64,000 bases of DNA, from NCBI GenBank assembly GCA_964016885.1, contig OZ024741.1, positions 70,308,001-70,372,000 of the forward strand, read 5' to 3'. Of the stretch, positions 1 to 11,787 are shown piece by piece. Both the position numbers and the translations under genes were made by a program. The notes below the pieces were generated by a model that did no database searches, was not told where the DNA came from, and saw only the letters and a program-made list of their open reading frames with translations. This DNA is from Eledone cirrhosa. Lineage: Eukaryota. Numbering within the stretch: the stretch's first letter is position 1; every line of letters starts with the position of its first letter.

Positions 1-388
1 ACGAACGCTCTATCTCAAAATTATTTTTGAAAAGCATTAGAAATGCGCAACCGGTAAAACTTAAAACCAAAACTGAATACTAACCAATACTATTACTAAT
101 TCTCACTTATTCCTAATTAAACTATTTTTCACTGTGAACAATTTGTCAGCATTTTCTTTTCCGTTTACCGATATATATATATATATTAGGATTGGTGCTC
201 TGAAATAGCGATGTATACATGAATGTATGTATAGTAATCTGTTATTTTAATAAATATTTGCTCTAGGGTTCTTATATATTTGATATATATTTATCCTTAT
301 CGAGCCCTCTTTGGATTTTAGTCTTCAAATTTATTATTATTACTATATATATATATAGAAGTGGTTACACAACAGTTAGTTCACCATA

Positions 389-428
389 CCGAGAACAATT
401 GTTTCACCTTAGCGGATCTTCAGCTCGG
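389..428 (-). ncRNA. Minimal type I hammerhead ribozyme
   Basis: CCGAG CUGAAGA UCC-GCUAA-GGU GAAA CAAUUG UU CUCGG. Stem I has 5 bp and helix III is the palindrome ACAAUUGU. Confidence 0.85.
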
Positions 429-592
429 AATGGGCATGGTTTTAGGAACAGGAAGGACGACCGTACGAATGCGCATGCGCAGAAAATCGGTCACTTCCCA
501 CAGGCAATACTAGACTGCGTGCGAGAGGTGTAAGGGAGATAACTGCGAAAGTCCGAAAAGTTTTTAGGTTGAAAATAAAATTACAAAGAATC

Positions 593-725
593 AGTCCGGA
601 GCCTTGTAGTTATGCAATAGGTGTTTGGCGACGTGTGGACAACGTGTGAAAAATTCACTTCTCGTGTTTAGGCAATCACTATTGCGTAATCTCTTTAGAA
701 TAGTTATTCGTTCGTCAATACATAA
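593..725 (-). pseudogene. C-terminal remnant of a PLE GIY-YIG endonuclease region
   Basis: Manual translation LCIDERITILKRLRNSDCLNTRSEFFTRCPHVAKHLLHNYKAPD* fits the LC..E...I...LN.RSE....C.H..K.LL tail of PLE ORFs and resembles 47760-47870. Confidence 0.75.
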
Positions 726-1452
726 GTGAACTAACTGTTGTGTAACCACTTCTACCTAACTCGTCCCTTGGACTGAGTGTTCTACCTCTACGGATATTAC
801 CTTCCAGTGTTCCACCACTATATAGATAAATATATATATATATATATATATGTTTGAAGAATAATCAGACAAACTTTATCCAATTTTTTCTTCTTAGTCC
901 GTAGAAATCAACTAGATGAATAATCATTTAAACGGAGCTAAGTTTAAAATGTAACTTTGAATAAATAACAGATAAATGTTATCGATATTCCTTTATGAAG
1001 AACAGTCAGATAAGATTTACCTAGTCTTTCCTCTTAGTCCGTAGAAGTCAACTATATATATTGTATCACAAATCAGCAATTATTTGCTTTTATATATGTA
1101 TATATGCATAAACCTCGTTATATATATGTGTGTATATATACAGCTAATTTGTTGAGTTCTTCGATTTTGTGCGAAGTTCTTTGTTTGAATTCGACCTGCA
1201 AACCACACTTATTAGTCTACGATAGAATTCTTCTTCTTTTTCATTAGAAGCAGAGAGTGTGAATGGCAACAACTACTAGATGTCCTGTCCAAAACACAGC
1301 CACCGTATCTGTTATTAATTAAATGTGTGCACTCTGAACAGCTGATTATAGCTGCGTTAATGCAATCCGGCAGATTCATTGAGTGAGCTAGACATTAGCC
1401 GGAGAATGTTGACTTAATATCAGCGATCTTTGTTATCTTTATACATACATAG

Positions 1453-1484
<32 letters not shown>

Positions 1485-1485
<1 letters not shown>

Positions 1486-1945
1486 AGTATGTACACGTAC
1501 ATACATATATGTATACAGACGTACAGTAGTATGTATATATATATACATACATGCACACATATATATATGTACGTATGGATTCACCGAACATTTATTATAA
1601 TGCTCGGTGTTAATACGTTCAACAATCTGGCAGGAAGGTATACGTTGCTGACGATAGCTAATAAGCTTGAAACTAGTACAGCGTTCCTTTGTCAGTGTTG
1701 AACAAACGAGCAACGATGATTGCTGGACACTACGGCTTAATACGGGATGTTTGTTTACAAACACACCGAGCATTATAATAAATGTTCGGTGAATCCATAC
1801 GTACATATATATATGTGTGCATGTATGTATATATATATACATACTACTGTACGTCTGTATACATATATGTATGTACGTGTACATTCTTATATTTAAGTAA
1901 CAGCCGTACTAAGAGTGGGAAATGAAATTTCGTTTCATTTTTTCC

Positions 1946-1950
<5 letters not shown>
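1485..1950 (+). mobile_element. PLE-type pseudo-LTR fragment with inverted 5' copy
   Basis: 1487-1609 is inverted relative to about 1764-1883. It contains a hammerhead and is the same family as 48775-49280. Confidence 0.75.
1643..1683 (+). ncRNA. Minimal type I hammerhead ribozyme
   Basis: CGUUG CUGACGA U-AGCU-AAUA-AGCU-U GAAA CUAG UA CAGCG. Helix III is the palindrome ACUAGU. Confidence 0.85.
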
Positions 1951-1993
<43 letters not shown>

Positions 1994-2165
1994 ATATATT
2001 CCAGTAGGTACTAAGTACCCACGGAAATATATATGGTGTCTGTGCACTAGAAGAAGTAAATATTTAAATCGTATTTTAATTTATTTAAAAGATTGTTTAA
2101 TGTTTACTTGTTCCGCTCATATATATATTTGGCCGGAGTATCGCTATTAGCTTTCTCCGATAATG

Positions 2166-2227
<62 letters not shown>

Positions 2228-2326
2228 GATAAATACACACTTATATATATATGTGTGTGTATGTATGTATATACACACGCACACATACACACACACCCCT
2301 ACACACACACACACACACACACACCC

Positions 2327-2364
<38 letters not shown>

Positions 2365-2870
2365 ACATACACACACATTTATAAGGAAGTGTTTCATGTA
2401 ACAACATGCAGAGAAACAATTAACTGAATGAGCACTCAATATATGTGAACAGTGTATATGGTTTTATTTTTCGAAGATGAAGGTGGCAGTGACTTCGAAG
2501 TTTCAGCTTTATGGGCATCGATATCACCAGCGAAGTGTCCTTGCTCGACATGCAGATAAAATGTAAGCAGTACAATGAAGCCGAAATTTCGAAGTCACTA
2601 GCAACATTTTCTTCAAAAAAATGTGTTTGTGTTCCTGTGTATGTGTGCGTGTCTCAATGCGTGTGTATCTGTGTGTGTGTGTATCTGTGTGTGGGTGTCT
2701 GTGTGTATATGATAGAGAGGGAATTCAGCATGTCTGTAAAATTTCATTTGTAGAGCTTTGGTCGAGCAGAAGCTATGGTTGATGCTTGCAATGGGATCGA
2801 ACCTGAAACCAATAAGTTTGAAGTGATCATTTTAGTAGCACACACACCCATCAGACATGCGCACACGCGC

Positions 2871-2952
<82 letters not shown>

Positions 2953-2966
2953 ATATACATATACAT

Positions 2967-3031
<65 letters not shown>

Positions 3032-3032
3032 C

Positions 3033-3064
<32 letters not shown>

Positions 3065-3080
3065 ATATATATACATATAC

Positions 3081-3195
<115 letters not shown>

Positions 3196-3224
3196 AAAGA
3201 ATAGAGGTGTAACACACAAGTTAT

Positions 3225-3618
3225 TATATATTGGTAAACGGAATAGAAAATGCTGACAAATTGTTCACAGTTGAAAAATGGTTTAATTAGGAATAAAAGA
3301 GTATTAGTGATTGTATGGGTTAGTATTCAGTTGTGGTTTTAAGTTTTTAAGTTTTTACCGGTTGCGCATTTCTAAATGCTTTTCAAAAATAATTTTGAGA
3401 TAGAGTGTCCGTGCTGTTTGCTCTGATCAGAGCAAACAGCACGGACACTCTATCTCAAAATTATTTTTGAAAAGCATTTAGAAATGCGCAACCGGTAAAA
3501 ACTTAAAAACTTAAAACCACAACTGAATACTAACCCATACAATCACTAATACTCTTTTATTCCTAATTAAACCATTTTTCAACTGTGAACAATTTGTCAG
3601 CATTTTCTATTCCGTTTA

Positions 3619-3628
<10 letters not shown>
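3225..3628. repeat. About 400-bp spacerless palindrome of a dispersed repeat
   Basis: Centre is CTCTGA|TCAGAG at 3426/3427 and the arms look identical by eye. Related single-arm copies lie at 1-172 and about 30220-30530. Confidence 0.9.
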
Positions 3629-3699
<71 letters not shown>

Positions 3700-3736
3700 C
3701 GAAAAATCAGTGATGCATCTGGACTCAATTTATTGT

Positions 3737-3824
3737 GTGTTACAATTGTTTCGCCGGCAGACAGTTCGAGACACGATTATTGTATGGATTTGTCTGATTC
3801 TAGAACTGCAGGTTCGTCGGACAC
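3737..3824 (-). ncRNA. Hammerhead-like motif with long stem II and CCGACGA core
   Basis: GUGU CCGACGA [ACCUGCAG...CUGCCGGC] GAAA CAAUUG UA ACAC. A homologous copy lies at 22194-22282 (+). Confidence 0.6.
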
Positions 3825-3950
3825 TGGCAATAATTTCGGAACAAATTTTCTCACATTTTATATTATATCACACTTATATCACACTCTGCTCTGTAAGAAC
3901 ATAGAGTGCTCAACTGGCATACCGCCTATGGAAGCATCATAGCTACCATT

Positions 3951-4048
<98 letters not shown>

Positions 4049-4746
4049 AAGAAGGTGTGATGTGGTGTGATGAAGGTGTGGTGTGGTGTGGACCATAACG
4101 CACCAGAGTACTCGATACTTAGGGTAATAGGAAAAGAGTGACGACCGCGACGGCTGAGCTCCGGCCGTTTCGACAGCTCAGCTGGAGCTCAGCCGTCGGG
4201 GTCCTGATTCTTTTCATATATATATATATATAAATCACAATCATATATCTCTGAGTAGAGAACCCAATACACATTATACTTAGAGTAACACATGGATTAA
4301 TATACAATTATATAGAGGGCACTGGTGGACCTGATCGGCTCTACGCATGATGATACTTCTGGATTATTAACCTAAGATAACCCCAGTCTCATCGAGCAAG
4401 AGCAAGAAGTATATACAACTATGCAAAGCAGCTGAATTAAAAAGAACTCAAGCCATTTGTCTTCATATATAAATATTTTACATATACCGGTTCTCATATG
4501 CCTTTCTGTTAACTGGTCATATAGATAATTAATGGAGAAATACATAGAAAAGGTTTCATCAACTGGTTACTAAATAAAAATCAAATAAGTATTGATCTGA
4601 ATATGTAGACCTGCAGCGTAGGAAAGATACTCAGAACATGAGATGTAAATGTTACGTGGAAAACCTCTAGAGATGTTGGAGATCAGGATGATATATATTA
4701 TATGTATATATATATGTATATATATATATATCATATATATCATATA

Positions 4747-5882
4747 CTAGCAGAGGTACCCGGCGTTGCTCGGGTATTAAATACCAGTTATGTATACCAT
4801 TTATGTCAATACTTCAGTGCTGCTTGGAAAACTATACTTTACAAAATCATCGGCTTTTTCCAAAAGGGGATTCCTGCCCCCAGGGGTCCCCTACTCAATA
4901 TGTGCCAATTCTGAAAGTTCACATTCATCTGTAGAACAAGCGTAGCCCATGTGTCAAGTTTTGTGAAAATCGGTTGTGAACTCCAGAAGTTATGACGTTT
5001 TGTTGCATTGCACTGCAGTGCTTCAGTCGACTCCAAGGAAGTGGTTAAAGGGGTTATCTGCCGGTAGGCCCTATAATCAATATCTGGAAAAATGAAAGTG
5101 TCCATGACCATCCGGAGTACATAAGTAACCTATGTCTTAAGTTTGGTAAAAATACTGTAGAAATGCATAAGGTTTACACACACACACGCGTGTGTGTGTA
5201 TTTGTGTGTGCGTATGTATATGTATGTGTATGTCCGTCGGCGCATACGTATGTACTGGCCTAAATCTTTACTATTTACTTTTACTATTTTAAGGCAAAGT
5301 TAAAATCCCGTCGAGGTTAACTTTGCCTTTCATCCTTACGAGGTCGATAAAATAAAGTACCAGTAATGTACTGGATAATTGCTGGCCTTGTGCCAAAAGT
5401 AGAAACAACTATTTTAATAACCTCTGCCATTTTCGTTTACAATTTTATTTACATCATTCTTAAAGTGCGGGGCTGGAAATCATTCGGTTATTTTAAATTT
5501 TTAAATAGAATATTAGTCTAATGACTTCATTTACACCATAAACTTGATCTTGTCTTTGCATGAAATTGTTCTTCTCGGTCCACATAACGACGTATTATCC
5601 TCGCTTTTTTCCGTTCATTGCCACGGAACGTCTTCACGAACCAAAATATTGTCTTCCTGTTTTCCTTCGGCTGCAACGTTTCTCGAAATATTTAATTCTG
5701 CGTCCACAGATAGAATTTATTAGTTTAAGATCCCGTTAATGTTGAAAGCAGCGATTCTTTGCTTAAACTTTCTTTCTTTCTCACCCCCCCCCCTCTCTCT
5801 CTCTCTATTTCTCTTTCTCTCTCACTCACTCACACCTCCTCTCTCTCTCTTCCTCCTACAGAATGGAGAACAATAAAGAACA

Positions 5883-5925
<43 letters not shown>

Positions 5926-5966
5926 ATATATGTGTGTTTGTGTGTATGTGAACCAGCGTTCATCGC

Positions 5967-6034
<68 letters not shown>

Positions 6035-6818
6035 GTCTCTCTATCTGATTATCTTGTACTTCTCTCTGTATAACGACCTATCTCACTCTCTCTCTCTACA
6101 TCTCCCTTTCTCTCTTTAGATGTATATGTATATGTGTGTGTGTGATATATATATAGAGAGAGAGTTGCAACATGTATGTAGTTTCATAGATTTTTCAGGG
6201 GATAAACAGAGCATATAAATAAATTTACAGTAGAATAGCATAACAAATATATTTTAAATATATACATAAACTACAATATTAAAGAAAATGCAAAGGAAGG
6301 GGTGAACAACGGAGCCAACACCAGAGCAAAAGTCAGCAACGTCGCAAGTACTGGGCAACCTCTCTAATTTTGAGGCAAGCCAGCATACTCGCAGCGTTGC
6401 CTCGGGTGATGGCGAGGCTGATGCGCTGAAATATTGTTTTAAAAGACTTTTTAATGGAAATGAAGCAAAATGGAAGCTTAATGTTGAAACTTCGAACTCA
6501 TGAATTTTGCAGGTTAAAATTTTGCTGGCCCAAAAGCTGTTCGCGTATTTTTGTACGCGTAGTTTGTTCGATAAACAAATGACGCCATAAAAGCGAAATA
6601 ACTCGTCTCTCATCTCTATTTACACATTTGAACTGAAAAATCAATACATTACAAATTCAATTTTTGCACTTGGCGTGGGTCGATTTGAAAAATATTTTGA
6701 CCGATGTCTCCGCCGGACCTTCATCTATAAGTGTAGCAATTTCACCGAGATTTGAACGTACGGTTTAAGAGGAGATGTGTGCTGACCGTTTTAGTAGACA
6801 GACAGACAGACAACCTCA

Positions 6819-6828
<10 letters not shown>
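4747..6828 (-). mobile_element. Non-autonomous Helitron-like element
   Basis: The minus-strand 3' end has the hairpin TACCCG-AGCAACGC-CGGGTA followed by CTAG. The 5' end is TATATAAAACTGAGGTT(GTCT)n. A second 5' fragment lies at about 8465-8640. That both ends belong to one element is inferred. Confidence 0.6.
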
Positions 6829-6892
<64 letters not shown>

Positions 6893-6939
6893 ATATATCA
6901 TATATATATATATATATATGTATATATATGATATATATC

Positions 6940-6973
<34 letters not shown>

Positions 6974-6988
6974 CATATATATGTATAT

Positions 6989-7022
<34 letters not shown>

Positions 7023-7094
7023 ATATATCATATATATATATATGTATATATATATCATATATATGTATATATATCATATAATATATATATATAT

Positions 7095-7460
7095 ACTAGA
7101 CATGAAAAATGCGCAAGCTCAATAGAGCCACAGAATGTTATAATAAACCTTCAAAAATGTGGGACTAGAGTTGTTACTCAAAAATATTGTAATCATTATC
7201 TATCGTACATTCTGTGGCATCCTTTATAAAAAAATATCACAATAAATACATCTATGTTTAATAATATTACATAATTATTTATAGCTGTTATTACATTAAA
7301 CATAGATGTATTTATTGTGATATTTTTATAAAGGATGCCACAGAATGTACGATAGATAATGATTACAATATTTTTTGAGTAACAACTCTAGTCCCACATT
7401 TTTGAAGGTTTATTATAACATTCTGTGGCTCTTTTGAGCTTGCACATTTTTCATGTCTAG
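7095..7460. repeat. Fold-back inverted repeat with about 165-bp arms
   Basis: 7095-7260 is the reverse complement of about 7297-7460 with a few substitutions. It abuts (TA)n. Confidence 0.85.
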
Positions 7461-8019
7461 TTTAATATTTTTTTAAGACAACGCTTGTAATAACTCTAGT
7501 TAAACATGATATATATTAATAATAAATTATCGTTGTAATGTAATTAGATTATATAATTGATATTATAAATGATCTTATAAATATTAGTGTAAGATGTATA
7601 ATAATATTTTCAGACTTTTAATATAAACAACAACAAAAAACAATCAATATTAAATCAATATATTATACATAATAGAAAACATACAATAAATAAACAATAT
7701 AAAAATAAAATATTTACATACAATTGCAATTATCAGTCTATATAAATTTTCTTTATTCCCTGAGCAAATTAATGAGATGTGTTCTGATTGCACATACTTT
7801 GATGAATTTTTGGAGTGTATTAAAAGATAACAACAATTTGTGATTAAATTGTTATCTTAAGCAACTTTCTTTTTAATAGTTGTTGGCTGAGCGAAATTGG
7901 AAAAGCCTATGAGTAAATATAAAAAAAAATACACAAACTACATTTCCCTGTATTGTTGCAACATTAGATAAAATAATTGAGCAATGTCGTGAGATTTTGC
8001 TCTTATTGCACATTAATAG

Positions 8020-8185
8020 TGTTTCTATTTTTCGGCACAAAGCCATTACCGCAGTCCATTACTGGTACTTTATTTTATCGAACTGGTAAGGATGAAAGGC
8101 AAAATTAACCTCGGCGGGATTTGAACTTAGAACGCAAAGGGCCATAACAATGCTGCAAAGCATTGTGTCTGACGCTCTACCAATA
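8020..8185 (-). mobile_element. tRNA-derived SINE with Nin/Deu-like central domain
   Basis: Minus-strand B box GTTCAAATCCC, body GCCTTTCATCCTTAC...TCGATAAAATAAAGTACCAG, tail TTGTGCCGAAAAATAGAAAC. Confidence 0.75.
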
Positions 8186-8632
8186 CTTGTGTTGAGCTGG
8201 TCACCAATTTGTGGTGGTCGTGCGTGGAGTAGAACAACAAGCGCTAGTCGAAATAGTATGAACAAAACATTTTTATTTGTCGAAGAACATATTTTCAATA
8301 GTTTGTGAATGGGCATCTACTTATAGTGACAGTGTATTACTGGTACTTTATTTTATCGACCCCGTAAGGATGAAAGGCAAAGTTAATACTGACAATAATG
8401 CAAATGTGTAATAGTGAAAATTTGCGCCTTTTCAATAATTTATCGTCTGCTCACGTTGCATTAAAGGGAAATAACTCGTCTCTCAACTGTATTTATACAT
8501 TTTAACTGAAACATCAATATTACACATTCGATTTGAAATTTGTTTTGACCGATCTCTCCGCTGGAGCTTAATCTATAAGTTTAGATGTGTGGCGACCGTT
8601 TTAGTAGAGAGACAGATAGACAGACAACCTCA

Positions 8633-8694
<62 letters not shown>

Positions 8695-8702
8695 TATATA
8701 TG

Positions 8703-9890
8703 TAAATATGGTGATAATGGGGCTGCGGCGTTGCAAATGGGATACATATGAAAAAGTGAGTCCTCATCAGTGACCATCCAACCGTCCTCGGCATTTCATC
8801 GCTTTAAGGGCCATATGCCTCAGGTTGGTGCGAACAACGGCTAAAAAAAGTCGTTGGGACACGTAAATAAAGGGGGACATTAGAGTAACAAACAAAAGGG
8901 TTATAGCAACGGAAAGTGAGTAGAAATAGACAAGTCCCAGATCTCTATGAATATAAACTCTGTGAAATCGTGAACAAGAGACGAAAGACGATCGAACCTG
9001 GTAGAAATGTGAGCAAGGAAAGAATTTCGCCCAAGTTCGACAGGGGGGGAAAAAGGAGAGAGAGAGAGAGAACGAAAACTGGTCTACGAATGGTAAACGC
9101 AAGTTTTGTGAAGTCGCAGACGAAAGAGAGAGAGAAAAAAAATTATTACCAGCTCGGTCAAGACTGCGCGAGGAAAGAATTACACACAGGTCAAACTTGA
9201 AGGAGGAGGAGGAAAGAGGAGGAGGAGAGGTAGTGACAGAGAATGAGTGAGTGAAAGTTGAGGAGAGGGTAACAGAGAGGAGACTGCTAAAGTGGTAGAG
9301 ATACAAGGAACGAATGCCTGTCTGTTTCGTTCCTTGTATCTCTACCACTTTAGCAGTCTCCTCTCTGTTACCCTCTCCTCAACTTTCACTCACTCATTCT
9401 CTGTCACTACCTCTCCTCCTCCTCTTTCCTCCTCCTCCTTCAAGTTTGACCTGTGTGTAATTCTTTCCTCGCGCAGTCTTGACCGAGCTGGTAATAATTT
9501 TTTTTCTCTCTCTCTTTCGTCTGCGACTTCACAAAACTTGCGTTTACCATTCGTAGACCAGTTTTCGTTCTCTCTCTCTCTCCCTTTTCCCCCCTGTCGA
9601 ACTTGGGCGAAATTCTTTCCTTGCTCACATTTCTACCAGGTTCGATCGTCTTTCGTCTCTTGTTCACGATTTCACAGAGTTTATATTCATAGAGATCTGG
9701 GACTTGTCTATTTCTACTCACTTTCCGTTGCTATAACCCTTTTGTTGTTACTCTAATGTCCCCCTTTATTTACGTGTCCCAACGACTTTTTTTAGCCGTT
9801 GTTCGCACCAACCTGAGGCATATGGCCCTTAAAGCGATGAAATGCCGAGGACGGTTGGAGGGTCACTGATGAGGACTCACTTTTTCATAT
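8703..9890. mobile_element. Large fold-back element with about 570-bp arms and an 11-nt loop, bearing a permuted hammerhead-like motif
   Basis: 8746-9314 is the reverse complement of 9326-9890. (TA)n lies on both sides. Homologues at 39343-39995 and 56036-56405. Confidence 0.85.
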
Positions 9891-10628
9891 ATATATATAT
9901 ATATATATACATATCAAAGATTTTTAAACGCGTGTGACACAAATTTTTACAATGTTTTTAGAAAAATTATTTTTACAAATATTTACAAACAAAGTGCAGT
10001 TTGTATTACAATCGGAACTCTGCCTATACTCGATTGCAATATATAAAGAGGAACAAGATACAAAGATATATTTCTTTATTTGGCACAAGGGCACACAAAA
10101 ATGGGACATTACAGAACATGAATATACGCTATTTTGAAGTGTTTAAACATTTTTTACAAACAAAAATTTTAAAATATTTGTACAAACTTTTACGATAGAC
10201 TTTCATCTTATCTATTGACCGCCTAACCCTAACCCTAACGTCAATATATTACATTTGTTTTAAAAATAGTTAATATAAATTTTAAAAAATCATATAACGA
10301 CGAAATAACAAAAATAAATGAACTAGGAAAACAAATAAAAAAACATGGCGGATGCTTTTGAGCAACACTTACTCTGATTGGTTGAAAATTAGCCAATGGC
10401 ATGTAATCACCACGGCCACGGTCAGACCTTGAAAAAAAAATTGACGATCTACACATATATGTTAGAACACTAAAGTGACTTAAACATTCTGCTGTTAGTC
10501 ACTTCGTGTCTAACAGATATATGTATATATATATGATATATATATATGTATATATATCATATAATATATATATATGTATGTATGTATATGTATATATCAT
10601 GTACATATATATATATTTATATGTATGT

Positions 10629-10682
<54 letters not shown>

Positions 10683-10740
10683 ACATACATATGTATATAT
10701 TTCGTTTCTGAATTTGTTGACCCTCCCAAAGCATAACAAC

Positions 10741-10821
<81 letters not shown>

Positions 10822-10893
10822 TATATATATATATCATATATATATATATATATATACATATACATGTATATATATATATGATATATATATATG

Positions 10894-11013
<120 letters not shown>

Positions 11014-11787
11014 GTATATATATATGTATGTATATATATATATATATATTTATTTATTTATATGTATCATATATATCAATATATCATATATATAAATATA
11101 TGTGTGTGTGCGAGTGTGTATATACATACACACACACACATGGTGGCTGCCAACTCGTTTTCGAGTACGGCCACTACTTTATATCCATGTAGGAGAACCC
11201 CCTACCGATGCGCTGAACGAGTGTGACTTTTTAGTCCAGCCAGCGACTTGAAAACTCTGGTACAAACATTACACTTGTGACAATTATTGACACTTAGTGC
11301 TGGGCCCATGGTACCATGTGACGACAAGTGCAGGGAGATCTCCAGATATAAAGCAATGCCTGTGCCGTGAAGCTTTTATAGTGAGCAAAGGCACTGCACA
11401 AAGCCAGTCCCACTCTCTTAACCACATACATATATACATACGTACATACATAGATACACACACACACACACATACATACATACATACATACATACATACA
11501 TACACACATACACACATACACACATACATACATACATACATACATACATACATACATACGTACATATATATGTGTGTGTGTGTGCGTGTGTCTGTGTATG
11601 GGGGTCGTGCGTGGTCCATGTACTTGTATCTGTGTGGCCGTGTCACATTGTGTATTGCGTAAAATTTCAACAGATAGCTAAAACAGACATTAAAAGATAA
11701 AAGTGAGGTTTAGTGGGCGGTAACTTTAACGCTCGGTAGACATTATCTTGGCGACAACTATACAGGGGAATATATTGGAACCACTGG

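Larger units (their letters stand above)
356..820 (-). mobile_element. Penelope-like element 3' fragment with short inverted terminal copy
   Basis: 356-384 is the reverse complement of 726-754. The interior carries a PLE endonuclease C-terminus and a hammerhead on the minus strand. Flanked by (TA)n. Confidence 0.8.

Noticed and set aside
2468-2615. Imperfect inverted repeat with a GAAACTTCGAAGTC hammerhead half
   Set aside because: The palindromic helix III is present, but the CUGANGA box and stems are too degenerate to call.
9836-9875. SECIS element or box C/D snoRNA reading of ATGAA...CTGATGA
   Set aside because: The spacing is too short for the SECIS helix 2 plus AAR loop, and no properly ordered C and D boxes with a terminal stem are present.
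10222-10239. Telomeric (CCCTAA)n
   Set aside because: There are only about three units, internal to a probable repeat, so this is not evidence of a chromosome end.
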